A DNA stretch of 64,000 bases from Candidatus Omnitrophota bacterium (GCA_043808095.1 JAZDFF010000040.1:1908-65907); one strand, 5' to 3'; positions 27,333-38,119 are shown, counted from the first letter of the stretch. The notes: a model not told the origin generated them from the sequence alone. Translations and numbers: made by a program.

Positions 27333-27917
27333 TTAGACCTCCCTCTTTTGCCTCTGTTTTTTGTTGAACTGCGCCATTGCTTTTTCCGTGCCGTCTTTGA
27401 GCCATGCTAAACAACAATCGGCGGCATTTTCTAAAATCGGTTTAAGTCTTTTTTCCTCATCCGGGCTAAATCTGGATAACACATAGTCGCTTAAATCGCA
27501 GTGAACCGGTTTTCCGATGCCGATTTTTAAACGGGTAAACTCGTGGGTCCCTAAATTTTCGATAACTGACCTTAAGCCCTTGTGCCCGCCGGAACTCCCC
27601 TTGGGACGCAGGCGTAAAGTGCCCAAGTTTAAATCTACATCATCATAAACTACTAAGAGATTTTCGGGCGGAATCCTCTTCTTTGAGGTTATCGATCTTA
27701 CTGCCTGGCCCGATAGATTCATAAAAACAAGCGGCCTGGCTAAAATCACCGTCTTTCCGAAAAACCTGACCCTTGTGACAAAATTTTCTTTTGAGGAATC
27801 TTTCTGAAAAATAACTCCGGCTTCTTTGGCCAAGGCCTCAACAACCCGCGCGCCTAAATTATGGCGATTATCGGCGTAAGCCTTTCCCGGATTACCTAAA
27901 CCCACAATAAGATGCAT
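27333..27917 (-). CDS. pth: Peptidyl-tRNA hydrolase
   Basis: LIVGLGNPG, RHNLG, FMNLSG, GGHKG. Confidence 0.97.
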   Translation of the reverse strand: MHLIVGLGNPGKAYADNRHNLGARVVEALAKEAGVIFQKDSSKENFVTRVRFFGKTVILARPLVFMNLSGQAVRSITSKKRIPPENLLVVYDDVDLNLGTLRLRPKGSSGGHKGLRSVIENLGTHEFTRLKIGIGKPVHCDLSDYVLSRFSPDEEKRLKPILENAADCCLAWLKDGTEKAMAQFNKKQRQKREV

Positions 27918-27923
27918 ACTTTA

Positions 27924-28652
27924 TTATTTTTCTGCCTTTTTCTCTTGCTTGGGGGTTGTCTCAGTCTTAGCTTGAGGTTTTTCCTCGCCAGCTTCTGGAA
28001 TTTCTTTCTTTTCCTTAATTACTTCGGGCTCTAATTTTTCTTCTGTGGCCAGTTCTACCTCTGCAGCCGGCACTTCTACCTTAGCAGGCGGCACAACGGA
28101 TAAAACTACTGCCTCTGGATCAGCTGAAACTTTTACTTTAGACGGTAATTTTAAATCTTTAATGTGTATGGCATCACCGATCTTTAAACCAGAGACATCC
28201 ACCTCAACATCCTTAGGCATATCTGTAGGCAAACATTCTATTTCTAGCTCCCAAAGTATGTGGTCTAATACGCCCCCGTCTTGCTTAACACCGACGGCCT
28301 CGCCTTTTGCAACGATAGGAATCTTAACCTTAATTTCCTTAGTCAAAGAAATCTGGCAGAAATCCACATGAACAACATCTTCTGTTAAGGGATGGTACTG
28401 GATATCCTTGATTAAAACCGGAATATCTTTTTGTTTTTTGGCGCCTTCTAAAATATTAAGATTTATAATTACGCTTTCTGCACTATGCGATTGCAGGAAG
28501 TGCATAAAATCCCTTTTGTTTATCTGGATAGCCTGGGATTCCTTTTTTTGCCCATAGACTATTCCAGGGATAAGACCCTTATGGCGCAATGCCGTAATTT
28601 TGCCCTTACCCAATTGATCTCTTTTTTCAACCTCTAGTTTTATTTCTTCCAT
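27924..28652 (-). CDS. rplY: 50S ribosomal protein L25/Ctc
   Basis: IPGIVYG, HVDF, GVKQDGG, acidic tail. Confidence 0.96.
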   Translation of the reverse strand: MEEIKLEVEKRDQLGKGKITALRHKGLIPGIVYGQKKESQAIQINKRDFMHFLQSHSAESVIINLNILEGAKKQKDIPVLIKDIQYHPLTEDVVHVDFCQISLTKEIKVKIPIVAKGEAVGVKQDGGVLDHILWELEIECLPTDMPKDVEVDVSGLKIGDAIHIKDLKLPSKVKVSADPEAVVLSVVPPAKVEVPAAEVELATEEKLEPEVIKEKKEIPEAGEEKPQAKTETTPKQEKKAEK

Positions 28653-28820
28653 GTGCCCTCGCTGTGCTCGGGAGAAACCAGATAACTGAGCACAGAAACC
28701 AGAATTTTTCTCTGGTTACTGTCCCGAATGAAGCTATTTGATTAGCTATTCTTCGGGATCCCGAAGTGATGCTATAGTAGTTACTACATTCGGGATAATC
28801 TGGTTACTGATTACTCTTAA

Positions 28821-29759
28821 TTAATCAAAAAGACAACTCACTGACTCTTCGTTATGAATCCTTTTTATCGCCTCGGCTAACAAGCCTGCCACTGACAAGA
28901 CCTTTATCCTGGGATGTTTTTTGGAATCTTTAAGCGGGATAGTATCGGTAATGAGTAATTGTTTTAACGGAGATTTATCGATTATGGAGAATGCATTGCC
29001 GGATAAAACCCCGTGAGAAATGGCTGCATATATCTCTTTTGCACCGGCCTTTTTCAATGCCTCAGTTGCCTCAATAAGCGAACCGCCGGTTGCTATAAGG
29101 TCATCAACAATCACTACGCGGGCACCTTTAACCTCGCCGAGTATATTCATAACCTCGGCCTTGTCGGGAGAGATCCTGCGCTTATCCACAATCGCCAGTT
29201 GTACCCCTAATCTCTTAGCATAGGCCCTGGCCATCTTTATTCCGCCTACATCCGGTGAAACTACTACAAAATCTCTTAATTTCATCTTTTGAAAGTATTC
29301 TACAAAGATATTTACCGCAAAAAGATGATCTAACGGTATATCAAAGAACCCCTGGATCTGGCCGGCATGAAGATCCATGGTCAAAACGCGGTTTGCCCCG
29401 GCTGTAGTAATCAGATTAGCCACTAATTTTGCCGTTATGGGCACGCGCGGCTGGTCCTTGCGGTCCTGCCGGGCATAACCAAAATAAGGCACGACTGCAG
29501 TAATCCTTTGGCTGGAGGCGCGCCGAAGGGCATCAATCATAATGAGAAGCTCCATAAGATTTTCATTAACCGGCGGGCAGGTCGGCTGTATAACGAATAC
29601 GTCTTTGCCGCGCGCATTTTCATTAATTTTAACCCGCACCTCTCCCTCGCTAAAACGGGTCACCATCGCATCTCTTAAAGAAACTCCTAGGCGCTGGCAG
29701 ATATCTTTGGCTAATTTTGGATGGGCGTTACCTGTAAATACTAAAAGTTTATCTTTCAT
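28821..29759 (-). CDS. prs: Ribose-phosphate pyrophosphokinase
   Basis: YFGYARQDRK, DLHAGQIQGFF, VDDLIATGGS. Confidence 0.98.
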   Translation of the reverse strand: MKDKLLVFTGNAHPKLAKDICQRLGVSLRDAMVTRFSEGEVRVKINENARGKDVFVIQPTCPPVNENLMELLIMIDALRRASSQRITAVVPYFGYARQDRKDQPRVPITAKLVANLITTAGANRVLTMDLHAGQIQGFFDIPLDHLFAVNIFVEYFQKMKLRDFVVVSPDVGGIKMARAYAKRLGVQLAIVDKRRISPDKAEVMNILGEVKGARVVIVDDLIATGGSLIEATEALKKAGAKEIYAAISHGVLSGNAFSIIDKSPLKQLLITDTIPLKDSKKHPRIKVLSVAGLLAEAIKRIHNEESVSCLFD

Positions 29760-29762
29760 TTT

Positions 29763-30518
29763 TCACCTGTTCTTTTTTATTGGCTCATCTATAACTGAGC
29801 CATGTAAATAATTTGCTTGGAGAGTATTACTTCCGTCGTATTCTGCGATGATGTCTTCGTTGTCGTAGATATAGCGGGTAATTACTCCATTGACATTCTT
29901 TTCAATCCTTCTTCCTATGCCGTCGTAGGTGTACTCTGCAAAGGTTAAGTCAGGGAAGTCAATGCGGATTAACTGATTCTCGACATCGTAAGTATAGTTG
30001 GTAGTCTCTAAGGTAGATTTGTTCTGCTTAGAAATTAGATTCCCATTGTCATCATAGGCGTAAGTATAGTTATCATCTTCCAGTAGTCTATTGGCCTCAT
30101 CATAGACATAGGTTAAAGGATTGCGGTTACCTACTGGGTCATAGGTGTAGTTTTCAGTAGGAATTGTGGGGTGCGTAGCGCCGATTAGTCGGTATAAATC
30201 ATCATAGCCATAGTCGTGCAGGCCAGTTAAATCAGTCATATCTTCCCGGTTGCCGACGTTATCATAGGTGTAGGTGTATGAATTAATAGTAACCAGATTA
30301 CTGAGCACAGAAACCTGATTATCTGTAGATTCTAGATGCAAGATACCAGATGCTAGTTTATCTCTGGTGACCTTGTGACTTGGTGACGTGGTGACCAAGG
30401 TAAGTAATCTACTTGCTAAGTCGTAAGTGTAGGCGGTTTGAGTGCGATGAATAAGATGATAAAGGTAATAGCTATTGTCTAGGAGTTTATCGGTTGAGAT
30501 ATAGTTTAGGTCTTTCAT
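29763..30518 (-). pseudogene. Truncated orphan Rhs/YD core fragment
   Basis: Near-duplicate of the C-terminal core of 31071-36635 (YTYTYDxVGNRExMTDLTGLHDYGYDDLYRL). Stops at IDEP with no tip. Confidence 0.85.
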
Positions 30519-30551
30519 AGATTATTTCGTAATTTAATATGATTTAAGGAG

Positions 30552-31061
30552 TTATCGCGTTCTGACACTGTTTTTTCTGTTTTTTATTTTGTAAAACTTT
30601 AATATTGGCACCAAAAGAAATTTAAATAACTTCAATGCCTTAAATAATCTACTAGTTAAAAAAACTTTCTTGGTAATCTCTTTACTATATTGTTCAGCGG
30701 TCTTTTCCCAACCTTCTTTTTTATAACCATGACCTATTCTCTGAACATGATGACCTATTTCGTGAAAGAGCGTAGTTGCAAGTAATAATTTAGGAATTAT
30801 TGGAAAAATAATAAAAAAAATCCGAGGCATCTTGTAGAACATCCCAGATACATTTAGAACTATCTCTATATTTTTAGCATTTTGATATCCATAATAGAGA
30901 CCCGCAGCATCTTTAACATTTCTCTCTACAGGATAGTCAATTATTGTTATTTTATTTATTTTATACAAATCCTCTTGAGGGACAAATTTGAGTAATTCTT
31001 CAATGTTTTTTCTAAAGTTAAATTTTATACTTTTGTCTAGATTAATGATCTCAATTATCAT
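30552..31061 (-). CDS. Putative immunity protein with HExxH motif
   Basis: AT-rich, starts 10 bp after the Rhs stop, AAGLY and TLFHEIGHH. Confidence 0.6.
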   Translation of the reverse strand: MIIEIINLDKSIKFNFRKNIEELLKFVPQEDLYKINKITIIDYPVERNVKDAAGLYYGYQNAKNIEIVLNVSGMFYKMPRIFFIIFPIIPKLLLATTLFHEIGHHVQRIGHGYKKEGWEKTAEQYSKEITKKVFLTSRLFKALKLFKFLLVPILKFYKIKNRKNSVRTR

Positions 31062-31070
31062 CTCTGCTAA

Positions 31071-34000
31071 TTAAATTCCAAACACATGACTTAACCATTC
31101 AGCTATATCATCAATCAGTTTTTTCCATTTATCAGGCGGAAGTGGAGGAATAGGATTATGAGTAGCAGGTATCGTTGGTGGAATTTTGTAATATCCTGTC
31201 CTTTTACCTTTACCAGCTCCAGGATATGGTTCAGGTGAAGGGCCTTTAATAGCTTGATACAAAGCGTATCCACCAACTGCGGCAATAATAGCAACTTTCC
31301 CAAACTGTGTAGGTTCGGATAATGCCATTGTCGTACCAACAATAATCCAAGGAGGCATACACATTACGTTACCATAAGGATCGACATAAATTACAGGATT
31401 ATTTAACACATAGGGATAAAGGTTTAATGTGAGGGAATTAGTAAGAAAACCTTTAAACGAGTCTTCCTGCAAAAACCTCCCTATCCTCGCATCATAATAC
31501 CTGGCTCGATAGTAATACAAGCCTGTTTCAGAGTCGAATTCACGTCCAGTATAGGTAAACGGATTAGACAGTGTGCCGGTTTGGTTTACGATATTGCCAA
31601 AGGAATCATAGGTATACGTTCGCACTACAGCGCCGGTATTGTCTGTCAGAGCTGTTATACTGCCTAAGCCATCTACGTGATAGTAGTAAAGTTGTCCTCC
31701 CCTCTCCATCCTCAATGGCTCATCTATCCCAGGGCCGTGGAGGTATTTGGCGGTTAGGGTGTTGGTTACATCATATTCAGCAAGGATATCCTCGTTGTCG
31801 TAGACATAGCGAGTAATTACTTCATTTACATTCTTTTCGATTCTTCTGCCGAGGCCATCATAAATATAGTCAATAGTCGATGGTCCATAGTCAATAGAAA
31901 TTAACTGATTCTCGACATTGTAACCATAGGTAGTAACATCTGACGGATTGCTCTTATTGGTTTTAGTGATAAGGTTGCCGTTGTCGTCATATATATAGGT
32001 ATAAGTCCCATCGTCTACCAGTCGATTAGCGACATCGTAAACAAAACTTGCCGGATTGCGGTTACCCACTGGGTCATAGGTGTAGTCTTCAGTCGGGAAG
32101 GTCGGATGAGTTGCCTGAGTTAGTCTATATAAATCATCATAGCCATAGTCATGCAGGCCGGTTAAATCAGTCATCTCTTCCCGGTTACCGACAGAGTCGT
32201 AGGTGTAGGTGTAAGAGTCAAGAGTTGATTGTGTATCTTTAGATTCTAGATGCAAGATACCAGATACTAGTTTATTGTGTGATTTGGGATTTAAACTTGT
32301 TACCATACTTAACAGCCGGCTGGCCAAGTCGTATCCGTAGGCAGTCTGGGTATTGTTGGCTAAGATTAAGGCAGTCCTGCGAGAAAGCTGGTCATAACCA
32401 AAATGACTAATCAGTTGATCAGCGGCGGTCTTGATGTCGATGAGACGGTTTAGGTCATCATAAATATACTTGGTAACAACTGATTGAGGGTCAGTTAAAG
32501 TAAGGCGATTAGAGTTTTTATCATAGGTATAGCTGATAGTAGTGGCTGGCTGATGTCCCAAATTCGCAGTGGTTGCTTGAGTGAGTCTACCAGCTAAATC
32601 ATAATTCATTGTCAGGCCTGAATCAGGATTGGTTACTGAGGTCAGATTATTTACAGAGTCATAACCATTGGTTACATTTAGACCTGGCCCGGATTTGTTA
32701 GTCAGACGGTTTATCTGGTCATAGGTAAAGCTAATGGTTTGGCCTTTAAAGTCAATGACAGTCCCTAAGTTTCTATTTAAGTCATAGCTAAAGGTCTTGG
32801 TCTTGGTTAGAGGGTTAGCGATGGTTTTAAGCTGGTTTATTTCATCATAAGTAAAGTTTGTTTCGTGGAGTTTCGAATCAATGATTTTTTTCAGGCTCCC
32901 TGCCTCATCGTATTGATACTGGGTAGTTTTATTATCAGCATCTACTACTTTTTTCAGGCGGTTCATTGAGTCGTATTCAAAGGTAGTGGTATTGTTGTCG
33001 GCATCAGTTGAGGAAGTAATGTTACCGGCGTTATCATAGGCCAGGGTAGTGGTATGGCTTAAGGGGTCAGTAATGGTTAAGAGATTTTCTGTAACCGGGT
33101 CATAGGTAAAATTAGTCTCATTTTGAAGCGGGGTGCCAAAGCCAGAGATAATCTTAGACAGAAGCGAATAAGGACTATTATACTCCATCTTGGTAATATT
33201 GCCAAGGGCATCGGTTATCTGGATGGGATTTCCTTTTGTGTCATAATCAATATCAGTAAGATTAGATTCTGGGTCTAAGATGCTAGATACTTGATTAAAG
33301 TTCGGCTCATAGGTAAAGGTAGTGGTGGCGGAGATTGCATTCTCAGTTGAGGTCCGCAGATTACCTTTAGCATCATAAGTCATGGTTACTGTAGAGCTGT
33401 TAGGCCGGGTAATTTTTGTGGGATTATTATTTACGTCCCTTTCGATTGTGGTAGTCTGATTTAAGGCATCAATAATTTTTGCATAAGAGCCGAATTTTGA
33501 GGTCTGGGAGGTGGTTGTGTAGCCTTTGCCGTCGATAATCGTTTCTACGATATCAGCCGGCCGCACTACCGGTGCGGGATTCTGTGGTGTGCCTACACCA
33601 GGCGCTAAATCATTAATCAGGCCTTGCACTTCAGAAGGAAAAAACTGAATTATCTCCTGAGGGCTATTTGGAAAAAGCATCCGATTTACCCGGCCATAAT
33701 TATCATATTGGTATTGGGTGGTGAGATTCCGCTCATTGGTAGCGGCAGTTAAAAAATGACTATTATAGGTAAATGCCTTGGTAGTAGTGTCTGGATTAGT
33801 TATTCCGGATAGGTCGCCACTGGCATCAATGTTAAACTGAGTAATTCTACCTGCAGGGTCTTTTATGGATTGGAGCTTGCCTGATGTATTATAGATAAAT
33901 TCATATTTGCCGCCAGCAGGTAAAATAATCTCACTTATCTCTTCGGCTCTTCCGTCAGAATTGGCATCTATATAAATATATTGCGTAGTGTTGCCATTTC

Positions 34001-36635
34001 GGTCAACCATAGAAGTTTCTAAACCTAGGGCATCAAAATTAATCTTGGTTGCGTCTTTCATTTTACGCACGGAAGTGCCGTCACTATTTAATACAAAGGT
34101 AGAATAATCACCTAAGGCAGTGGTAAAAACATCTTCGGTGGCAATATCTATACCATGTGGTCCGGCACCAACACTAATCCTTGTCAGGATTGAAAAATTA
34201 TCAATATCAATCACTGCTACGCGGCTTGCGTTTCCTTCAGTAACATAGGCGTATTTAGCGTCTGGGCTAAAGGCTAAGCCTATTGGACGCATAATATCCG
34301 GGATGGTTGCGATTACTTCATTGTTTATAGTATCTATAACAGAAACATTATTTGATGAAAAATTGGTTACTAAAACATATTTGTTATCCGGGCTAACTCC
34401 GGCGCTGAGCGGCTGTGAGCCCACGGCAATTGTTTTAATGACCTGCTGTGAAACCAAATCAATCACACTAACAGTATTGCTGGAATTATTCGGCACATAT
34501 AAGAACCTATCGTCATTTGTAATATCAATGACATTGGGATTATTGCCGGTATTTAAAGTGGCGATGACTTCCTTAGTCTGAGTATCAATTACTGAGACTG
34601 TATTACTGTTACGATTTGACACATAGAGCCTGCTTCCGTCGTGGCTATACACAGCGCCGCAGGGTCCGCTTCCCACGTTGATTGTCTGGGTAGGTTCAAA
34701 AGTAACCCCGTCAAGCAAACCCACCTTACCTGAGGCAAGGTCAGATACACATATCTCACCTGTGATAGGACTACTATTAATCCAGCAACTTTGCGATACA
34801 TTGGCATTAATAACTTTTTCTACCTTTTTGGTAGCCGTGTTAATTAAAGAGACATAGGGAGAATATACATGATTAATAAGCGCGTATTTACCGTCAGAAG
34901 TGACGCAAACTCCGTGAGGCGTTCCGCTGATAGGAATGGTGCTAATTACTTCATTCTCCTGGTAATCAATTACAGAGGAATTTCTGCTGGTCCAATTCCC
35001 GGTAAATGCTAGGGGTTGGGGATGTTGACGAATAATTATGGCTGAACCATCGCCCTCGGTCAGAAGAATTGCGCCATCCGGGGAGAAATGTAGGCGCTGT
35101 AAACCCTCTATGCTCCAGCCTGCACCAAAAGGAGAATCTTGCTGGCTGTTAATGGTAAGATACCCATTGACATTGCGTGTCATAGGCACTGGTTCAATAG
35201 TGAGCACGCCGGTATTAGCAATAGGTGCTCCCCCAAAATTAGCGGTGGTCCAATAAGTTGCATTCGTATAATCATTGGAGGCCTCTATGGTGTAAGGATA
35301 ACTTCCCGAGGTAAGTAGTTGGCCCAAAGCATCTTTTCCATCAAAAAGATAGGCGTATCTTACTTTGCCGCTTACTCCCTGATAGGTTGCCTGCGCTTGT
35401 CTACCAGCAATATCAACTTTAAAAGTAGTAGTGGCCGGAATATTGGTAGTAACCGGGTCTAAATCTGTCTCGATAGAGATAAAATTTGAAGGCTGAGCAG
35501 TCAAGGAAGTATAGACAAGTTTTAAGTCATAAGGCCTGCCTAATCGTTTGACTTGCGGCAGGGAATGTTCAAGAGTTAAACTGCCGGATTTAACGCCTAC
35601 ACCAGGGTCTTTTGCCTGCTGGGGTTGAATTTGCGCATCCTGGGTATTGTTTGCAGTCATATTTGATTTTCTATCCTGTGGCGGAGGTACTGCAGGTAGA
35701 TTCAAATCCCAGGGAGAAAAATGATTTATCTGGTATTCTAACCAAAGGCCATCTGCTGAGATATAACCCATAAGACCTGTGTCTTGCCATTGCCCGGTCT
35801 CTTCATTAAAGATACCCGCAGGGATAGGTATGCCGGCAGCAAAGCCGAGGGTATTGGCAACTCTCATAGTTACGGGCTGATTAAAGGTTGCGCCATCTGG
35901 TTGTAAGTCAACTGCATAGGTAAAGAAGGTAGTAGAAGGCAGTTCATCAGGAAGCGCCTGGGATTTTTCGTATTTGGTTGAGACCACATTGATCGGTTCA
36001 GTTACCGCACCTTCTGGAAAGATTAGTTGAATCTGACCTGTAGAGTTAATGTGCGTTCCACCGGAAGGAGTAATCTGAGTAACAACGGAGTCTTGAGGAG
36101 TTAAATATACAGGATTAACTGCAGAATGACGGCCAGTAACTACTTTTACTTGTCGTTGGCAACTGGTAAAGGAGGTTTTTTCAATCTTTATACTTGTAGT
36201 AAATTCATTAGAGCTAGGTGAGAGCTTTTCGATAGTTATAGAGAATCTTCCCTGGCTATCAGAGTAGGCCTGTTCGACCTGGTCAGGGGAGGTAATCAGG
36301 GCATCTTGTAGGGGAAGTTCGGTTGAGGCATCATAGACTATCCCATCCACAAAACCCCTCTTATAATAAGGCCGGCAAGGAGAGGGACCGTTTTTAAAGA
36401 GATAATTTATTAGATACACTACGTCCCCAACATCTACTTTGCCGTCTATATTAACATCGCCAGATTCTAATGGCGCAGGAGCAGGACCATTCTTAAAGAG
36501 ATAATTTACCAGATAGACTACGTCCCCAACATCTACCTTACCATCAGCGTTAGCATCACCGCAGACCCAGGCCCAGGATGGTTGAGCAACTAACAAAATT
36601 AACGCTATCCCCAAAAATAAGATACGCCTTTTCAT
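31071..36635 (-). CDS. Exported teneurin-like Rhs/YD-repeat protein with N-terminal dockerin and YVTN beta-propeller
   Basis: Signal peptide, two GD.N.DGKVDVGDVVYL.NYLF repeats, HFSPWDLN, YVSN/YVPN/LVTN blades, YD repeats, YYYRARYYD...NNPVIYVDPYG, ~100-aa tip. Confidence 0.92.
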   Translation of the reverse strand: MKRRILFLGIALILLVAQPSWAWVCGDANADGKVDVGDVVYLVNYLFKNGPAPAPLESGDVNIDGKVDVGDVVYLINYLFKNGPSPCRPYYKRGFVDGIVYDASTELPLQDALITSPDQVEQAYSDSQGRFSITIEKLSPSSNEFTTSIKIEKTSFTSCQRQVKVVTGRHSAVNPVYLTPQDSVVTQITPSGGTHINSTGQIQLIFPEGAVTEPINVVSTKYEKSQALPDELPSTTFFTYAVDLQPDGATFNQPVTMRVANTLGFAAGIPIPAGIFNEETGQWQDTGLMGYISADGLWLEYQINHFSPWDLNLPAVPPPQDRKSNMTANNTQDAQIQPQQAKDPGVGVKSGSLTLEHSLPQVKRLGRPYDLKLVYTSLTAQPSNFISIETDLDPVTTNIPATTTFKVDIAGRQAQATYQGVSGKVRYAYLFDGKDALGQLLTSGSYPYTIEASNDYTNATYWTTANFGGAPIANTGVLTIEPVPMTRNVNGYLTINSQQDSPFGAGWSIEGLQRLHFSPDGAILLTEGDGSAIIIRQHPQPLAFTGNWTSRNSSVIDYQENEVISTIPISGTPHGVCVTSDGKYALINHVYSPYVSLINTATKKVEKVINANVSQSCWINSSPITGEICVSDLASGKVGLLDGVTFEPTQTINVGSGPCGAVYSHDGSRLYVSNRNSNTVSVIDTQTKEVIATLNTGNNPNVIDITNDDRFLYVPNNSSNTVSVIDLVSQQVIKTIAVGSQPLSAGVSPDNKYVLVTNFSSNNVSVIDTINNEVIATIPDIMRPIGLAFSPDAKYAYVTEGNASRVAVIDIDNFSILTRISVGAGPHGIDIATEDVFTTALGDYSTFVLNSDGTSVRKMKDATKINFDALGLETSMVDRNGNTTQYIYIDANSDGRAEEISEIILPAGGKYEFIYNTSGKLQSIKDPAGRITQFNIDASGDLSGITNPDTTTKAFTYNSHFLTAATNERNLTTQYQYDNYGRVNRMLFPNSPQEIIQFFPSEVQGLINDLAPGVGTPQNPAPVVRPADIVETIIDGKGYTTTSQTSKFGSYAKIIDALNQTTTIERDVNNNPTKITRPNSSTVTMTYDAKGNLRTSTENAISATTTFTYEPNFNQVSSILDPESNLTDIDYDTKGNPIQITDALGNITKMEYNSPYSLLSKIISGFGTPLQNETNFTYDPVTENLLTITDPLSHTTTLAYDNAGNITSSTDADNNTTTFEYDSMNRLKKVVDADNKTTQYQYDEAGSLKKIIDSKLHETNFTYDEINQLKTIANPLTKTKTFSYDLNRNLGTVIDFKGQTISFTYDQINRLTNKSGPGLNVTNGYDSVNNLTSVTNPDSGLTMNYDLAGRLTQATTANLGHQPATTISYTYDKNSNRLTLTDPQSVVTKYIYDDLNRLIDIKTAADQLISHFGYDQLSRRTALILANNTQTAYGYDLASRLLSMVTSLNPKSHNKLVSGILHLESKDTQSTLDSYTYTYDSVGNREEMTDLTGLHDYGYDDLYRLTQATHPTFPTEDYTYDPVGNRNPASFVYDVANRLVDDGTYTYIYDDNGNLITKTNKSNPSDVTTYGYNVENQLISIDYGPSTIDYIYDGLGRRIEKNVNEVITRYVYDNEDILAEYDVTNTLTAKYLHGPGIDEPLRMERGGQLYYYHVDGLGSITALTDNTGAVVRTYTYDSFGNIVNQTGTLSNPFTYTGREFDSETGLYYYRARYYDARIGRFLQEDSFKGFLTNSLTLNLYPYVLNNPVIYVDPYGNVMCMPPWIIVGTTMALSEPTQFGKVAIIAAVGGYALYQAIKGPSPEPYPGAGKGKRTGYYKIPPTIPATHNPIPPLPPDKWKKLIDDIAEWLSHVFGI

Positions 36636-36643
36636 TGATTAAC

Positions 36644-37954
36644 TTACCTTTTTGATTTTAATCTTTTGCTGGTTAGCCGGGAAATCTTTTTCTTTAAGAC
36701 CCTTGCCGGAACGCCTACTACAACCGAATAATCTTTAACATTACAACCGGCAGTCACTACGCTTCCTGCTCCGGTTACTGCTTTTTTCCCGACTTTTACC
36801 GGTGCAACTAAAACCGTATCCGAGCCGATAAAAGCGCCTTTTCCGATTTTAGTTACATTTTTCTTACGGCCGTCGTAATTTGCGGTAACAGTGCCTGCCC
36901 CGATGTTAACACTATCTCCTACCTTGGCGTCGCCAAGATAGCTGAAATGCCTTACCTTAGTAAACCTGCCGACTCGCGTGCGGTTCAGTTCCGTAAAATT
37001 TCCGATTGAGGCATCATCTTCTAAGACCGTGCCCGGCCGGAGATGGCTAAAAGGCCCGACGGAACAACGGCGACCGATAACTACATCGTGCTCTATAAAG
37101 GTATAGGGATAAATTACAGAATTCCCGCCAATCTTCACATTCGGATAAATATATGTATTATTGGGGTCTAAGATGTTTACGCCTTTTTCTATAAACCCAA
37201 CCAAAATTCTGCGGCGGATTATATCAGAGGCCTTGTTTAAATCTTCTCTCGTATTAACACCTTGGGCCTGGGTATCGTCTTCTATCCTTAACGCCTGGAT
37301 GTGATAACCCTGACTGTCAAGGCACTCGATTATATCCGTAAGATAATATTCCTTTTTCTGCTCGTTAAGTTTAATATGGCCCAGATTGGAAAATAAGACG
37401 TCCTTCTTAAAGCAGTATACGCCTGTGTTTATCTCGTTTATGCGTTTTTGTTCCGGCGAAGCGTCTTTCTCTTCGACGATCTTTTTGACATCATTATTTT
37501 TGTCTCTGATAATCCTACCGTAACCGGCAGGGTCACCAACCAAGGCAGTCAATAACGTGCAAGCGGCTCTGGTATTAGAGTGGACTTCAATAAGCGAAAA
37601 TAAAGTTTCTTTCCTTATCAGAGGATGGTCTCCGTAGAAGATTAGCACATCCGAAGCATCCTTCTTAAAAAGTCCGGCCGTCGCTTTTATAGCATCAGCT
37701 GTACCTAAAAGCCTCCTCTGAAGGCAAAGCCTTATATCTTTTTTCTTTTGATAATTTTTAATAAATACTTTAACTAAATCTTTTTTATAACCGATAACAA
37801 GAATAATCCTTTTTAATTTGCGGGTGGCGCTTAACAGGTCCAGGATATAGCCTAACATAGGCTTGCCAAAAATAGGCTGAAGGACCTTCGGGATTCCGGA
37901 TTTAAGTCTTGTGCTTTTGCCTGCTGCTAAAACAATTGCATCTAGATCTTGCAT
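36644..37954 (-). CDS. glmU: Bifunctional GlmU
   Basis: IVLAAGKSTRLKS, GYGRI, EYYLTD, hexapeptide domain. ATG 37954 is the likely start. Confidence 0.96.
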   Translation of the reverse strand: MQDLDAIVLAAGKSTRLKSGIPKVLQPIFGKPMLGYILDLLSATRKLKRIILVIGYKKDLVKVFIKNYQKKKDIRLCLQRRLLGTADAIKATAGLFKKDASDVLIFYGDHPLIRKETLFSLIEVHSNTRAACTLLTALVGDPAGYGRIIRDKNNDVKKIVEEKDASPEQKRINEINTGVYCFKKDVLFSNLGHIKLNEQKKEYYLTDIIECLDSQGYHIQALRIEDDTQAQGVNTREDLNKASDIIRRRILVGFIEKGVNILDPNNTYIYPNVKIGGNSVIYPYTFIEHDVVIGRRCSVGPFSHLRPGTVLEDDASIGNFTELNRTRVGRFTKVRHFSYLGDAKVGDSVNIGAGTVTANYDGRKKNVTKIGKGAFIGSDTVLVAPVKVGKKAVTGAGSVVTAGCNVKDYSVVVGVPARVLKKKISRLTSKRLKSKR

Positions 37955-37998
37955 TTTAAAAACCTGATACCTAAGAGTTGATTTGTATATTTTAAAAA

Positions 37999-38119
37999 GT
38001 TGCCCGGTCTGGACTCTTAATGAGACCACAACTTACGGAGCGTTAACGAACGTAAGTTGTCTGGTCGAATTAATCCCGAGTCCGCCATTGATTCAGTGGC
38101 GGACGAGGGAGAACCAGAA
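37999..38119 (-). pseudogene. Duplicate tRNA-Gln 3' end with a 94-bp palindromic element (38017-38110) in the T loop
   Basis: TTCTGGTTC[insert]GAGTCCAGACCGGGCAAC, exon parts identical to the real gene. Confidence 0.85.

Noticed and set aside
29763-36635. Prophage or T6SS island
   Set aside because: No integrase, phage structural, VgrG or PAAR genes. The Rhs protein has a Sec-type signal
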